NCBI GenBank assembly: GCA_951406725.2
Contig: OX597814.1
Span: 134,354,001 to 134,418,000, forward strand
Reading direction: 5' to 3'
Source: Octopus vulgaris
Taxonomy: Eukaryota
DNA length: 64,000 bases
Part shown: one piece after another, positions 52,731 through 64,000 of the stretch
How the letters are laid out: every line of letters begins with the position of its first letter
Numbering within the stretch: position 1 is the first letter of the stretch
The notes under the pieces: model-generated
The model's database searches: none
What the model saw: only the letters and a program-made list of their open reading frames with translations
Told to the model about the DNA's origin: nothing
Position numbers and translations under genes: made by a program

Positions 52731-55700
52731 TATTTTACTTTAATTCTTTTTTGTTTGTTTTGCATTTATTTTTGTGTTTCAAGATACCTCTATGTGGCAA
52801 CAAAGACAAATGAAGCTGATAAAAATACTTAATATTTATTTAATACTGATTTAATTAATAATAATAAAAATTAACAGTTATAATTTTAAAAATTGGCTTT
52901 TTCCCCCTTTGTGCACCGGTTCTAAAACATGTGGGCACATGTGCAAGTGCACAGTTTAATGAGAACATTGGTGTTTGAATGTTCTTCATTGAGTATAGAA
53001 ATCTTTTAAAAGCAGTTTTTCTGTGGATGTCAAAAAATGCCTTAGAGGCAAATTCAACATTCAGTTACTGGAAATTTCAAAATGGTTAAAGCTTTCTTGT
53101 TCTCTAAAGCCCGTATGCATGAGACAGTCTTGTATCAGCTCATCATTGATAGCACAGCTCTTCACTAACAGTTTGATGACAATTTTGACATCATTTCAAT
53201 GTCTATAAAACAGTATTCATTCCTATAAAAAAGGCCACTTCTTTTTCAGAACAGTGTCACGTAGAACTCAAGACTTTGTGAAAGCATTTCAGTACCTTTG
53301 AAGTTCAGGGTTCATCCAACCAGCTTATCAAAGAGTTCATACAAACAACTTGTAAATTTAACACTTACTCTGACATACATAGATAAAAATGTTCTTAGGT
53401 CACCTAAAATGTAGGTCAAGTGATATATTCTAGATACTGTTTAACCTTCAAAAGTGTTAGCCCCTTGATAGATAATTATTTTTTATCAAATTAGGTGCTT
53501 TGAATATCTTTTATTATAAATGTGCACACACAAACATATGAATATATACAAAAGTACGCATGCACGGCATATGTACTCTTAACATGATACCCAAGCAGGA
53601 TCAGCTTAACACAGTGTATGACAAGATTGTCGGATGGATTGTACAGGTACAATCTACCCAATTTCATTTAAACCAGTCATATCCAACCAAAATATTCTAC
53701 TTGTCTTATGTACAAACTGGCCAGACCTAGCCTCACACACCTACCCGACACTAAAACTTCTAAATGCTTCTAATCACATAAAAATTTCAAAACTATAAGA
53801 TAATGCATGATTAATTCAAAATAATGTGAATAGATAAGCATTATAATTTACAGAGTAATCTCTGAATGCTAAAGAATTAAAAGGTTTGTATCTACCCAAG
53901 GTTATGGTTACCCAAAATGCCACAAATTCAGACCAAACCTATAACTGTGATTGCATGCACATGAGGCAAAATAAGACAATGCAATGCTGCTGAGGATAAA
54001 TCAAAGCTAAAGCAAAGATTAGATTACCTTTTACCCTAAACTGTCAATTCAGTTTTGAATTTATTCTTAATTTCTTGAAATTATCTCCCTTCCTTGTTCA
54101 GATTTGCTTGCAACTAACGTTAGGTTTTTGCTTTCTTTCTCTGTCCACAAGGAAAATTTTAATAAATTAAAAACTTATCCTTTACTGCAATCATTAAACT
54201 CCTCTCTTACTTTGTTATCCAAATTCATGCCACTGACCCTTTTCAGTTATTTTTTTTTTTAGTGCATTTTACTTTGTGTGTGTGTGTTCATGCATAAGCA
54301 CCCAGAATAAAACCCTTTTACTTAGGATTTATGATTTTCATCAAGCATGAAAGAAAGACACGACTAAACATGAATGGTTAATGAAGCATTACATTGTTAC
54401 AAACATTAAACGAAATTCAATTAATATTTAACCAGCAACTTGGACCATTGCCCAAGATGCCAAGGAGGACATGATAAAGACAGGGAAATTTCCATGACAG
54501 TCAGCTTGTACACACCAAAGTTCAGCTTGCCCAGAGTGCCAGCAACCCCAGGGCCAGCAACCCCAGGGCCAGCCCTTGGTGATGAAGAAATAATTGTGAT
54601 GGGGTTGGACAATAACTGGCATCCATTTGCTTCTGAAAGCTTGCACAGACAAAAAGTAAATTACTTTTTCAATAATATATATATATATCATCACATTAAA
54701 CGATGATGATGATGATGATGATATATATATATATATATATATATATCATATAGTATTATAAATTTAGTTTCATAACAAGCAAATCATGTTACCAAACAGT
54801 TTTGTATTAAAAACTGTTAGGTTACATAAATTGGCTGCAATGAAACTAAACTTAAAATACTGTATAAATATATATCCATTCTACAATACTTGTTTTCCTG
54901 AGTTGTAAAACTTATTAGACTCTGTGTGTGGTGTTGAATTGGCAGAAGCATTAGGGCAGCAATTAGAGTATTTTTTCTTGCTCTCTGCTTTCAGATCCTA
55001 GTTAGGTCAATGACTTTACTTTCATCCTTTCGGGATTGACAAATAAAGTACCACTCCAGGGCCAAGGATTGGTGGTATCATGAATGTTAGAGTATCAACA
55101 GAGGTTTCCTATGATATTAGTTTTGTCTCAATGCATTTTGAGTTCAAATCCCGTGCTTTGGGATTTCAGTTTAATTTCCATTTCTCCACTTCATATGCTC
55201 TATCAAAAGAAACTAATATTTAAAAATGCTGTTTTATTTATTTATTTCACACAGGATATAAACACACAGATGTTTGCATGCAGTAGCGTAGCTAGAGTGT
55301 GTTGCAGCCTTTCTGTTTGCCGCCCCTACCACACACCCAACTACACTAGTGTTTGCATGCATATTTTCTCATTAAATGTCAGTATACTAATTAATCATTA
55401 AAATATTTGGTATTCTTTTAGAAGTTTATTGGGCTGCTTACATCCTAGAAAAATAAACAGTTCTATTACACAATGAAAAAAGAAATACATATACTGTTGT
55501 TGGTTTCTCATAGTTAACAACATACTAAACTATTTATGACATTCAGAGAACAGGAGTACTAAAACATGAAGTGGGGAAAAAAGTAGGCAGCCTAATCTAC
55601 TTCCAGTAGAATGCCAGATATTACCATACTTGATATAATTTATTCCCATAGAATCACTGAAATTGATATCAATCTCTCATTTATGTTTTTAGCATTTCTT

Positions 55701-55990
55701 TGAGGGTGATATTATAATCACACAACAAAGTCTGTATGATAGATTAGTCTTATTTATATATATATATATATTTTTAACCAGCTTTTGGATACCCAAAATT
55801 CAATAGATTATTTACTGTTAAGGATTGCCTATGATCAGTGGTATTTTGACAATGAGCCATGTCATTCCTAAAAGAATTTTATTACCCTCTGTGTTTCTCA
55901 TTAGTTTAAGTTGGGGGTGATGTGATATGAGCAACATTTAACTGCTATTTCTAGCATATCAAGTGACCACATAAAGGCTTTATATATATC

Positions 55991-56366
55991 GTGGAACTCC
56001 ATCGGTTATGATGATGAGGGTTCCAGTTGATCCGATCAATGGAACAGCCTGCTTGTGAAATTAGCGTGCAAGTGGCTGAGCATTCCACAGACACATGTAT
56101 CCTTAACGTAGTTCTTGGGGAGATTCAACATGACACAGAATGTGACAAGGCTGGCCCTTTGAAATACAGGTACAGCAGAAACAAAGAGCGAGAGAAAGTT
56201 GTGGTGAAAGAGTACAGTAGGGTTTGCCACCAACCCCTGTCAGAGCCTTGTGGAGCTTTAGGTGTTTTCACTCAGTAAACACTCACAACGCCCAGTCTGG
56301 GAATCAAAACCACAATCCTACGACTGCGAGTTCGCTGCCCTAACCACTGGGCCATTACGCCTCCAC
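55991..56366 (-). mobile_element. tRNA-derived SINE (head A + tail Y)
   Basis: 56175-56366 matches 555-735; 55991-56172 matches 1970-2151. Confidence 0.85.
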
Positions 56367-56495
56367 TATATATATATATAGTGCGGCCATGCTGGGGCAC
56401 CAACGGTGGTGCCCCAGCATGACCGCAGCCTTCGGGCTGAAATATTTTTAAAGATTTATATATATATATGCACACACACACATACATACACATAT

Positions 56496-56712
56496 AGGAA
56501 GTTAATTATATGGCCAGCCATAGAGTGACCAAAGGTTTCGCATCTAGAAAGCACTTAATCTTATCGGACGTGCCATTTATAAGGCTAAGTGCTTTACAGA
56601 TGCAAAATTATTGGTCACTCTATAACCAGCCATATGATTAACTTCCTTTGAATACATTACTACTCTAACATTTAGAATGTGCTTCTTTTTCGGATATATG
56701 ATACCCTAGCAA
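56496..56712. repeat. (TA)n-embedded hairpin element: 69-bp imperfect arms (56496-56564/56579-56647) + terminal module
   Basis: AGGAAGTTAATTATATGG...CTTAT / ATAAG...CCATATGATTAACTTCCT. Confidence 0.85.
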
Positions 56713-56892
56713 TATATATACATATATATTTATGTATTCTAAGAATACATAAGTGAGAAAAAATATTCACTCATATATTTAACAGAGCAGGCACATCAAG
56801 CATAGTGTGTAAAATATTATAGATCCATTACAGTCAATCTTAGTAGTCATTTAGGCACTGGGCATGCAAGCCAGGTGTTACATAACAGCATA

Positions 56893-57102
56893 TACATGTG
56901 AGCCGAAAGTCACACGCCAAAACATTTGACATTTTATTTATATTATTATTATTATTTTTCATTTTTCTCATCACGTGTGAGAGCATATGTACTTATCATT
57001 ATTGTATTTATTTTATTCAATTTTAGAAAAATTGAAGCATGTCTTTGACAAATCCAGAACATTTTGAACTTATTTTGTGCATGACTTTTGGCCTGTCCTG
57101 TG
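56893..57102. mobile_element. Possible Tc1-like MITE
   Basis: GCCGAAAGTCACACGCCAAAA ... TTTTGTGCATGACTTTTGGC degenerate inverted ends in TA-rich flanks. Confidence 0.4.
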
Positions 57103-57119
57103 TATGTGTGTATATATAT

Positions 57120-57303
57120 ATCATCATTTAACGTCCGTTTTCCATGCTAGCATGGGTTGGACGGTTCGACCGGGGTCTGGGAAGCCCGGAGGCTGCACCA
57201 GGCTCCAGTTTGATCCGGCAGTGTTTCTACAGCTGGATGCCCTTCCTAACGCCAACCACTCCATGAGTGTAGTGGGTGCTTTTTACGTGCCACCAGCACA
57301 GGA
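57120..57303 (-). mobile_element. RTE 3' UTR fragment
   Basis: Homology to 51905-52100. Confidence 0.8.
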
Positions 57304-57311
57304 ATAATACG

Positions 57312-57366
<55 letters not shown>

Positions 57367-57624
57367 AGAGAGAGAGAGAGAGCGAGAGGGATACATATAG
57401 TGTGTGTGTCTGTGTATAAAATTCTTTTTGGGAATTAGTTCAGAAAATCTATAAATAACAGCATGGTAAATATTGGGTTGAAAAACACTTCTGGACAGAA
57501 AATATCGAAGGCTGCCCCAAAAATGCGTGTGCCTGCCTTATAGTACTCGTGTACACAAATAAACATGCACTCTTAGACTGAGAAAGTTTCTGAATGTACT
57601 TATTTTGAGCATGATGTTTGGCCC

Positions 57625-58245
57625 GCACATACATACACACACAGACACACAATACACACATGCACAGGAATGTACACATACCTAACACACACAACTACAT
57701 GCACATACATACGCAAACATACACAAGAAAGCACATATACCTCCACACACAATCCCACATACACACACACTACACACATGAATGCACACATACCTCCTAC
57801 ACACAACACATACTCATACATACACACAATTACACATACATGGGCATATATACACACAAACATACACGCACACGCAGGAACGCACATATAACTCCACACA
57901 TATACACACTCACATACACACACTCACATACACACACTCACACACACACGCACATATGCACGCACTACACAAAAACACACAACATATACATATACGAATA
58001 CACATACACACACATACTTTAAACTGCCGGTCAAACACCTTTCTACTCACCATTCCTCTAAGCACATGTGAAGAGACACACCACTACACAAAAGACTGCC
58101 ACTCCTGTTACCATGCTGCTGAATTCTTCCTACAACATTAAGAGACACAAAGTTCATTCACACACACATATAAACAACCAACACCACACACACAACACAT
58201 ACACACACACACATGTTATTACACATGCACATACCCACACATACC
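57625..58245. repeat. Degenerate CA/TA-rich low-complexity tract
   Basis: Direct reading. Confidence 0.85.
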
Positions 58246-58379
58246 TCCTTCTCTTACACTCTCCTGTCTTAGAAAGAACTTTTCCTTCACCCATTCCCTT
58301 CTGGTCATTTCAAAATGTAACCACATGTGAATCATTGGCAATTTTTTCCTCTGTCTTCCTTTCTATTGGACTTTCCTCT

Positions 58380-58414
58380 GTTTCTGAAGAAGAGCTTTGC
58401 TCGAAACATTAAAC
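58380..58414 (+). ncRNA. Minimal type-I hammerhead ribozyme motif in a Penelope-like terminal region (~58250-58520)
   Basis: GTTT-CTGAAGA-A-GAGC-TTT-GCTC-GAAA-CATT-AAAC: CUGANGA and GAAA cores, 4-bp stem II, GTTT/AAAC stem I. Confidence 0.65.
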
Positions 58415-58548
58415 CACCTTTCTTTCCTTCCCTGAGCATCTGCTAATACTTTACCTGTACCATGTCCTTGTGCTATTTTTTTTCCTTTTTGTGTTTGTTC
58501 TTCGTTTTTTTTTTTATTTACTATTTTTTATATATTTATATATATATT

Positions 58549-58851
58549 AAAATGGGAAGGCTAGTTTATGGGATTACCTTAGGTTTCCCATCCACAAAGG
58601 GTTTAGTTTTATGATGTATTGTCAGATCCCAAAAGCCTGCTGCCCCTATGGAGAGGGAATGCTCTCCTCCATATTTTTAAGAGGTCATGGGCCAACAGGT
58701 TTTTGGGGATCTGACAATACACCATAAAACTAACCCTTTGTGGATGGGAAACTTATGGTAATCCCATAAACCAGCCTTCCCCATTTTTTAGATGATGACT
58801 GCTCTACATCTTATTGTGTGCTTCTTTCAGATTTATGTTTTTTATAAACAA
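58549..58851. repeat. (TA)n-embedded hairpin element: ~90-bp arms (58549-58640/58695-58787) + terminal module
   Basis: AAAATGGGAAGGCTAGTTTATGGGATTACC...GATCCC mirrored. Second small hairpin TATGGAG...CTCCATA in the loop. Confidence 0.9.
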
Positions 58852-59015
58852 TATATATATATATATATATAATGTAATTCTGTTTTGGAATTGGTTCTGG
58901 AAAATACATACAAAGCTTTAAATAATATGGTAAATATTGGGTCGAAAAAGCCTTCTGGACATAAAAAGTTTAAGGCTACCCCAACAATGTGTGTGTATGT
59001 GTGTGTGTGTTGATC

Positions 59016-59017
<2 letters not shown>

Positions 59018-59051
<34 letters not shown>

Positions 59052-59505
59052 TTAATGTCCGCTTTCCATGCTAGCATGGGTTGGACGGTTCAACTGGGGT
59101 CTGAGGAGCCCGAAGGCTGCACCAGGCCAGTCAGATCTGGCAGTGTTTCTACAGCTGGATGCCCTTCCTAACGCCAACCACTCCGAGAGTGTAGTGGGTG
59201 ATTTTATGTGCCACCAACACAGTGCCAGGCGAGGCTGGCAGACGGCCACGCTCGGATGGTGTTTTTATGTGCCACCGACACAGGTGCCAGATGAGGCTGG
59301 CGAACAGCCACGATCGGATGGTGTTTGTTACGTGCCCACAGCACGGAGGCCAGTCGATGCGGTACTGGCTATGGCCACGTTCGGATGGTTTTCTTGTATG
59401 CCACCGGCACTGGTACCACAAAGATACAAATTCCATTGATGTTCATCTATTTTGATTTGATTTGATTTTGATTTTGATTTTCACTTGCCTCAACAGGTCT
59501 TCGTG
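59018..59505 (-). mobile_element. RTE 3' UTR with ~57-60-bp tandem subrepeats
   Basis: (CAT)n tail; four diverged GGTG(C/T)TTTTA(C/T)GTGCCACC units. Confidence 0.8.
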
Positions 59506-60947
59506 AATCAAAAGTGCTAGAACAGGTAGCCTCCCAAACATCATCTGATATTTCAGTAAGGTAGGATACTTAATGAGGTCAAAAACCCCTAAAACTGTTA
59601 GGAGTCAGACACTCTTAACATCTCAAAAACCACTGCTTGAAAAATATAATTTAACAATAGATCATGGTATTTCAGTGCCTCATTTTGTTCAGCTGTGGAT
59701 GAACCACCTTTACTGTAGCATTTCAGACATATGATAGAGCATATAAGCCATCTGCTTCTAAACCAAGGACAAAGAGTGAGTCTATTGTGGCTCTTTCCAT
59801 CATCACTGGAAAATCCATTAGTTCCAGACTTGAGAGGATATTTACCCTAATCATTAGGTGATGGCGACCATCACAACCCACATTCAGTTGACATCATAAT
59901 CTTTAAAGACATCCAGAGCTGAGAAATTTACAACAAAATATCATTCTCCAACATACATCGGTTCCCACTTTGAGGGTGATGAAAATGTGGAGTTCATATG
60001 GGATAAGTAAACTACCAGTGTTTGGCAAAGTTTCAACCCAGTCTCCAGAAAATTTTAACTGTCACAGAAAGTAAGTAGCACAAAGTGATCAATAAGAACG
60101 TGTTTTCACTGCAAATTGTTCTAAACTCTGAGTCAATTTTCCCCACTCTGGAACTAACAGCTCAAGTTCTACCACAACTGTTGAGTTTCATCCACCTCCC
60201 TGTTAGAGCTATACTCTATTGAAAAAAAAAAGAGTATGTCTTCAAAAGAAGAGCAAGCATGAATTGAAGAAAGGAAGCAGGGGAGAGATAGTGATCTACA
60301 CTCATTGCTGCTAATCTTAACAAGACATTATTTTACAATATCTCTATTAGGTTACAAATGCCATATGTTGATTTTCCTTTATTTTATCTCAGTAATATTT
60401 CTCATTTACGCTAAACACATATTTCAAAAGAAATATCTTTCAAGAACATATGCATAACATTAGTTCCTCAAACTCTAAGTCATTACTATGTAATACTTTG
60501 AATACTTTTTGCAAGAGAATTCTTTCTTTTATATATTATATGAAATTTTCAAATTTTATCCAGTTTTACAAGTGCTCTGTAATGAAACTCTCAGCCTTAC
60601 AGTCAATGACACAGCTTTTCAGCTATAGATAAAATAATATAAATACTCTGTATATTAAAAGTTCTATTTCTCTCGTTTGTATAACCTATCCCATGTATAC
60701 ATATATATATATATAAAATACAAAATACACAATTATATCTTGAGATCGCTAGTAATAACAATACTCAAAATATAAAACAGACTGGAGTTGTAGTGCTCCA
60801 AAAGAGCTATATTCCACTTCTTAATCTGAGCAGAGGCAATGCGAGCAGTAACTAAAGGAACATTACTAAAATCCACACAGAAAGGTTAAATACATACATA
60901 TATTCATTTATATCTACAGAACAGATATAAAGTCTGACATTTAAAAA

Positions 60948-61210
60948 TCATCATCATCATCATTTAGCGTCCGCTTTCCATGCTAGCATGGGTTGGACGG
61001 TTCAACTGGGGTCTGGGAAGCCTGAAGGCTGCACCAGGCCCAGTCTGATCTGGCAGTGTTTCTACGGCTGGATGCCCTTCCTAACACCAACCACTCCGTG
61101 AGTGTAGTGGGTGCTTTTTACGTGCCACCCGCACAGGTGCCAGATGGGGCTGGCAAACGGCCATGGACGGATGGTGCTTTTTACGTGCCACCGGCACGGG
61201 GGCCAGGCAA
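60948..61210 (-). mobile_element. RTE 3' UTR fragment
   Basis: Homology to 59018-59300. Confidence 0.8.
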
Positions 61211-61317
61211 ATAAATAAACATCATATAACATGTATAAATATATAAGAATCAGTGTTGCATACAAAACACAGTGAATTTATGCTTAAAATCATAAAACAT
61301 TTGGTAAATTAAAAATT

Positions 61318-61690
61318 TGGGATAATAAAATGGCCCTGCTCTATCTGTAGAAAAGGTGTAGATAGAAACTCTATAAGATGTACCCAGTGTAAGCTATGGA
61401 CACATAAGTGGTGCAGCAATATCAAAGGAAGGCTAACTGGGAAGATAGTTTTTGTATGTGGCAGATGCTTAGGAGCAATAAACGCTGAAAATGTGCAGAA
61501 AACAACTTCTACCACATTCCAGGGAGAAAAACTAGAAGTAGTTGATAGATTCCGTTACCTAGGTGACCAAGTTAGTAGCAGGGGTGGGTGCACTGAAAGT
61601 GTAGCTGCTAGAATAAGAATAGCCTGGGCAAAGTTCAGAGAGCTCTTACCTCTGCTGGTGACAAAAGGCCTCTTGCTCAAAGTAAAAGGT
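61318..61690 (+). pseudogene. RTE reverse transcriptase fragment with embedded PHD-type finger
   Basis: WPCSICRKGVDRNSIRCTQCKLWTHKWC...FVCGRC in frame with LEVVDRFRYLGD...VAARIRIAWAKFREL. Confidence 0.85.
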
Positions 61691-62594
61691 GTGGTGATGA
61701 TGATGAGTTCACCTATGTTGCTATTGTTGCTTTATAGCTCTGCAATGTTGCAATTGCTTATATGTTTTATAGCTCCACTATGTAAGAAAACGGATCTACT
61801 AAAGGTGATGAAAGTCTCAACTCTTTGTACTGCATAAGCATGCACAAAATTTTATCAACTGAATGCAAGATTTCAGATATAGTTTACAGTAGTGAATTGA
61901 AGTATATAGAGGAGCCAAGAATAGGTTCAAAACTGTCATTAGCCAGGATACAAATAGAATATGTTTTATACATCGAAGAAAATTCTGGAATAGATCAGAA
62001 AGGAGAAGTCAAAGAAAACTAAGCAAGATAGTCTTGAGATATGACAAGTTCTAAGGTGCAGTGTTTGTTGACACTGTGCCTAGGAGCAAACTAGCTGATG
62101 GGTTTAAGAAAACATTACATAAACAAAATTTAGAATTAAAATAACAGAATGCAGGCAAATCCATTAAATACAAATTAGAATGCCATAAACATTTAAGAAC
62201 CACCATCCTTCTACATTGATAGCAGAGTTTACAAAACTAACCATATGGGTAAACTGAAAAAGAAGGAATATGGAATACCATGTGAGGTCATTGACATGAA
62301 GTATAGGAATGCTACCAAAACCTATGCAGAAGCTGTTGAATCAAAGGAGCCTCTATGTGGTCACAATCTACTAGAAGTAACAGTACACTACCACCTTACA
62401 AAAAAGGTCATGTTTGATTATGTGATCATAAACACACTTTCAGAAAATAAAATAGACATAATGAAATGCCTTTTAATTATAAGTCTACTTGATCAGAGCT
62501 GATTTGAAGACTAAACCATGGCACATTGAAGAAACAGACCATAAATTATCTAAAATAATCAAACAATACTTCTCTGAGTACAACAAGAGAGCAG

Positions 62595-63022
62595 CACCTA
62601 TATTCGACCAAAATGCCTTGAGAAGACTCAGCAAGCCAAGTGAGATCGTAGTCATGGTCGATGTGTTGCATAACTGGCCCGTTTAAAAGCCCCCTTCAAT
62701 CGTTGGGCAATATGGTGTGCTTGTGAAGACCTGTTGAACCGAGTGAAATCATAGTTGTGGCCAATGCCAGTGCTGCCTGACTGACACATAAAAACACCGT
62801 TCAAGCGTGGCCAATGCCTGTGCTGCCTGCCTGACTCCCATACCAGTGGCACGTAAAAGCACTCACTACACTCTCGAAATGGTTGACGTTAAGAAGGGCA
62901 TCCAGCTGTAGAAACCTTACCACATCAGATTGGAGCCTGGTGCAGCCTCCTGGTTTGCCAGTTCTCACTCAAACTGTCCAACCCATGCCAGCATGGAAAG
63001 CAGACATTAAACGATGATGATG
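62595..63022 (+). mobile_element. RTE 3' UTR
   Basis: Homology to 39545-39902; GATGATGAT tail. Confidence 0.8.
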
Positions 63023-63264
63023 CCAAATACAGGACAGATCAGTAATCAACATCAAAATAAAAAAATCCTTTCTGCACACCTACACAATCTAACACACAGG
63101 TAAATCACTGAAGCAGAAACTGACTACATTGAATACAAAAGTATGTTTGGAGTAACAATTCACACTTCCATCTCCACACTCCATGATAATTATAATTATA
63201 ATACTAATGACATAGAACTACACAATGGTTAAAATGCAATGGAATACAATGTAATTGTTAGGTG

Positions 63265-63540
63265 TTGTGGGCAGGGCATTGAACTCATGCTTGCTAGATC
63301 AATGGTTTGATTCCTGGACTAGGCAGTGTGTTGTATTCTTAAGCAAAACACTTCATTTCACATTGCTCTGTAACTGTTTTCACATCTAACATGTGGCATA
63401 CTTTTGCAGGTGCACAAGCTATGTTGGTGTAAGAGAGGGAGTGAGCTTATGTAAATACAAACATTTGATCACTACAAGCAGATCATCTCTGTGGTTGTTC
63501 AAGCAATTGCAGAGCTGCCATCCATTGACTAATGACAGGC
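63265..63540 (+). mobile_element. Old SINE (head-B-like core + different tail)
   Basis: GGTTTGATTCC box B, then TTCTTAAGCAAAACACTTCATTTCACATTGCTC. Confidence 0.55.
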
Positions 63541-63564
63541 AAATCCATAATATAGATACTCTTA

Positions 63565-63754
63565 TTCTTTACTCTTTTACTTGTTTCAGTCATTTGACTG
63601 CGGCCATGCTGGAGCACCGCCTTTTAGTCGAGCAAATCGACCCCGGGACTTATTCTTTGTAAGCCCAGTACTTATTCTATCGGTGAACCGCTAGGTGATG
63701 GGGACGTTAACCACCAGCATCGGTTTGTCAAGCAATGCTAGGGGGCAAACACAG

Positions 63755-63803
<49 letters not shown>

Positions 63804-63968
63804 TACGACAGGCTTCTTTCAGTTTCCGTCTACCAAATCCACTCACAAGGCATTGGTCGGCCCGGGGCTATAGCAGAAGACACTTGCCCAAGATGCCACG
63901 CAGTGGGATGAACCCGGAACCATGTGGTTGGTTAGCAAGCTACTTACCACACAGCCACTCCTGTGCCT
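63565..63968 (-). mobile_element. Young SINE, 28482 family
   Basis: Full-length reverse-complement homology, CpGs retained. Confidence 0.85.
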
Positions 63969-64000
63969 ATGTATAATTTGGAGTAACCCAATAGTGAAGT

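Noticed and set aside
54440-54706. 88-aa ORF with PATPGPATPGP
   Set aside because: GCCAGCAACCCCAGGGCCAGCCCT looks like a duplicated hAT-MITE end, and there is no convincing splice context.
59190-59420. Repeat-spacer pattern resembling a CRISPR array
   Set aside because: The spacers are homologous to each other, the units belong to a LINE 3' UTR, there are no cas genes, and the context is eukaryotic.

Overview
Eukaryotic, AT-rich, repeat-dominated genomic DNA with no host protein-coding gene that I can support. The tRNA-derived SINE families, RTE 3' ends and microsatellite load look like a coleoid cephalopod, most likely Octopus (inference from recognised repeat consensus sequences, not a search). 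LTR and non-LTR retroelements: two decayed Gypsy LTR retrotransposons (one bounded by a 5-bp TSD), two probable solo LTRs, a 5'-truncated R4/Dong-type RLE retrotransposon sitting in (TAA)n, RTE LINE fragments (one with a PHD finger inside the RT), and Penelope-like remnants (a GIY-YIG domain and two hammerhead ribozyme cores). DNA elements: a full-length frameshifted mariner nested in a non-autonomous Helitron, a second Helitron, hAT, Tigger and pogo transposase relics, and GG-terminated MITEs with 8-9 bp TSDs that carry telomeric repeats. The most unusual signals are (i) small (TA)n-embedded fold-back elements, two of which share a ~60-nt terminal module but have unrelated hairpin arms; (ii) a 646-bp palindromic MITE with a (CCCTAA)n...(TTAGGG)n core; (iii) combinatorial head/tail shuffling among SINEs; (iv) an apparent CpG-depletion boundary near 38 kb, suggesting an unseen methylated gene body. 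Coordinates were counted by eye, and ends without a stated TSD are approximate.
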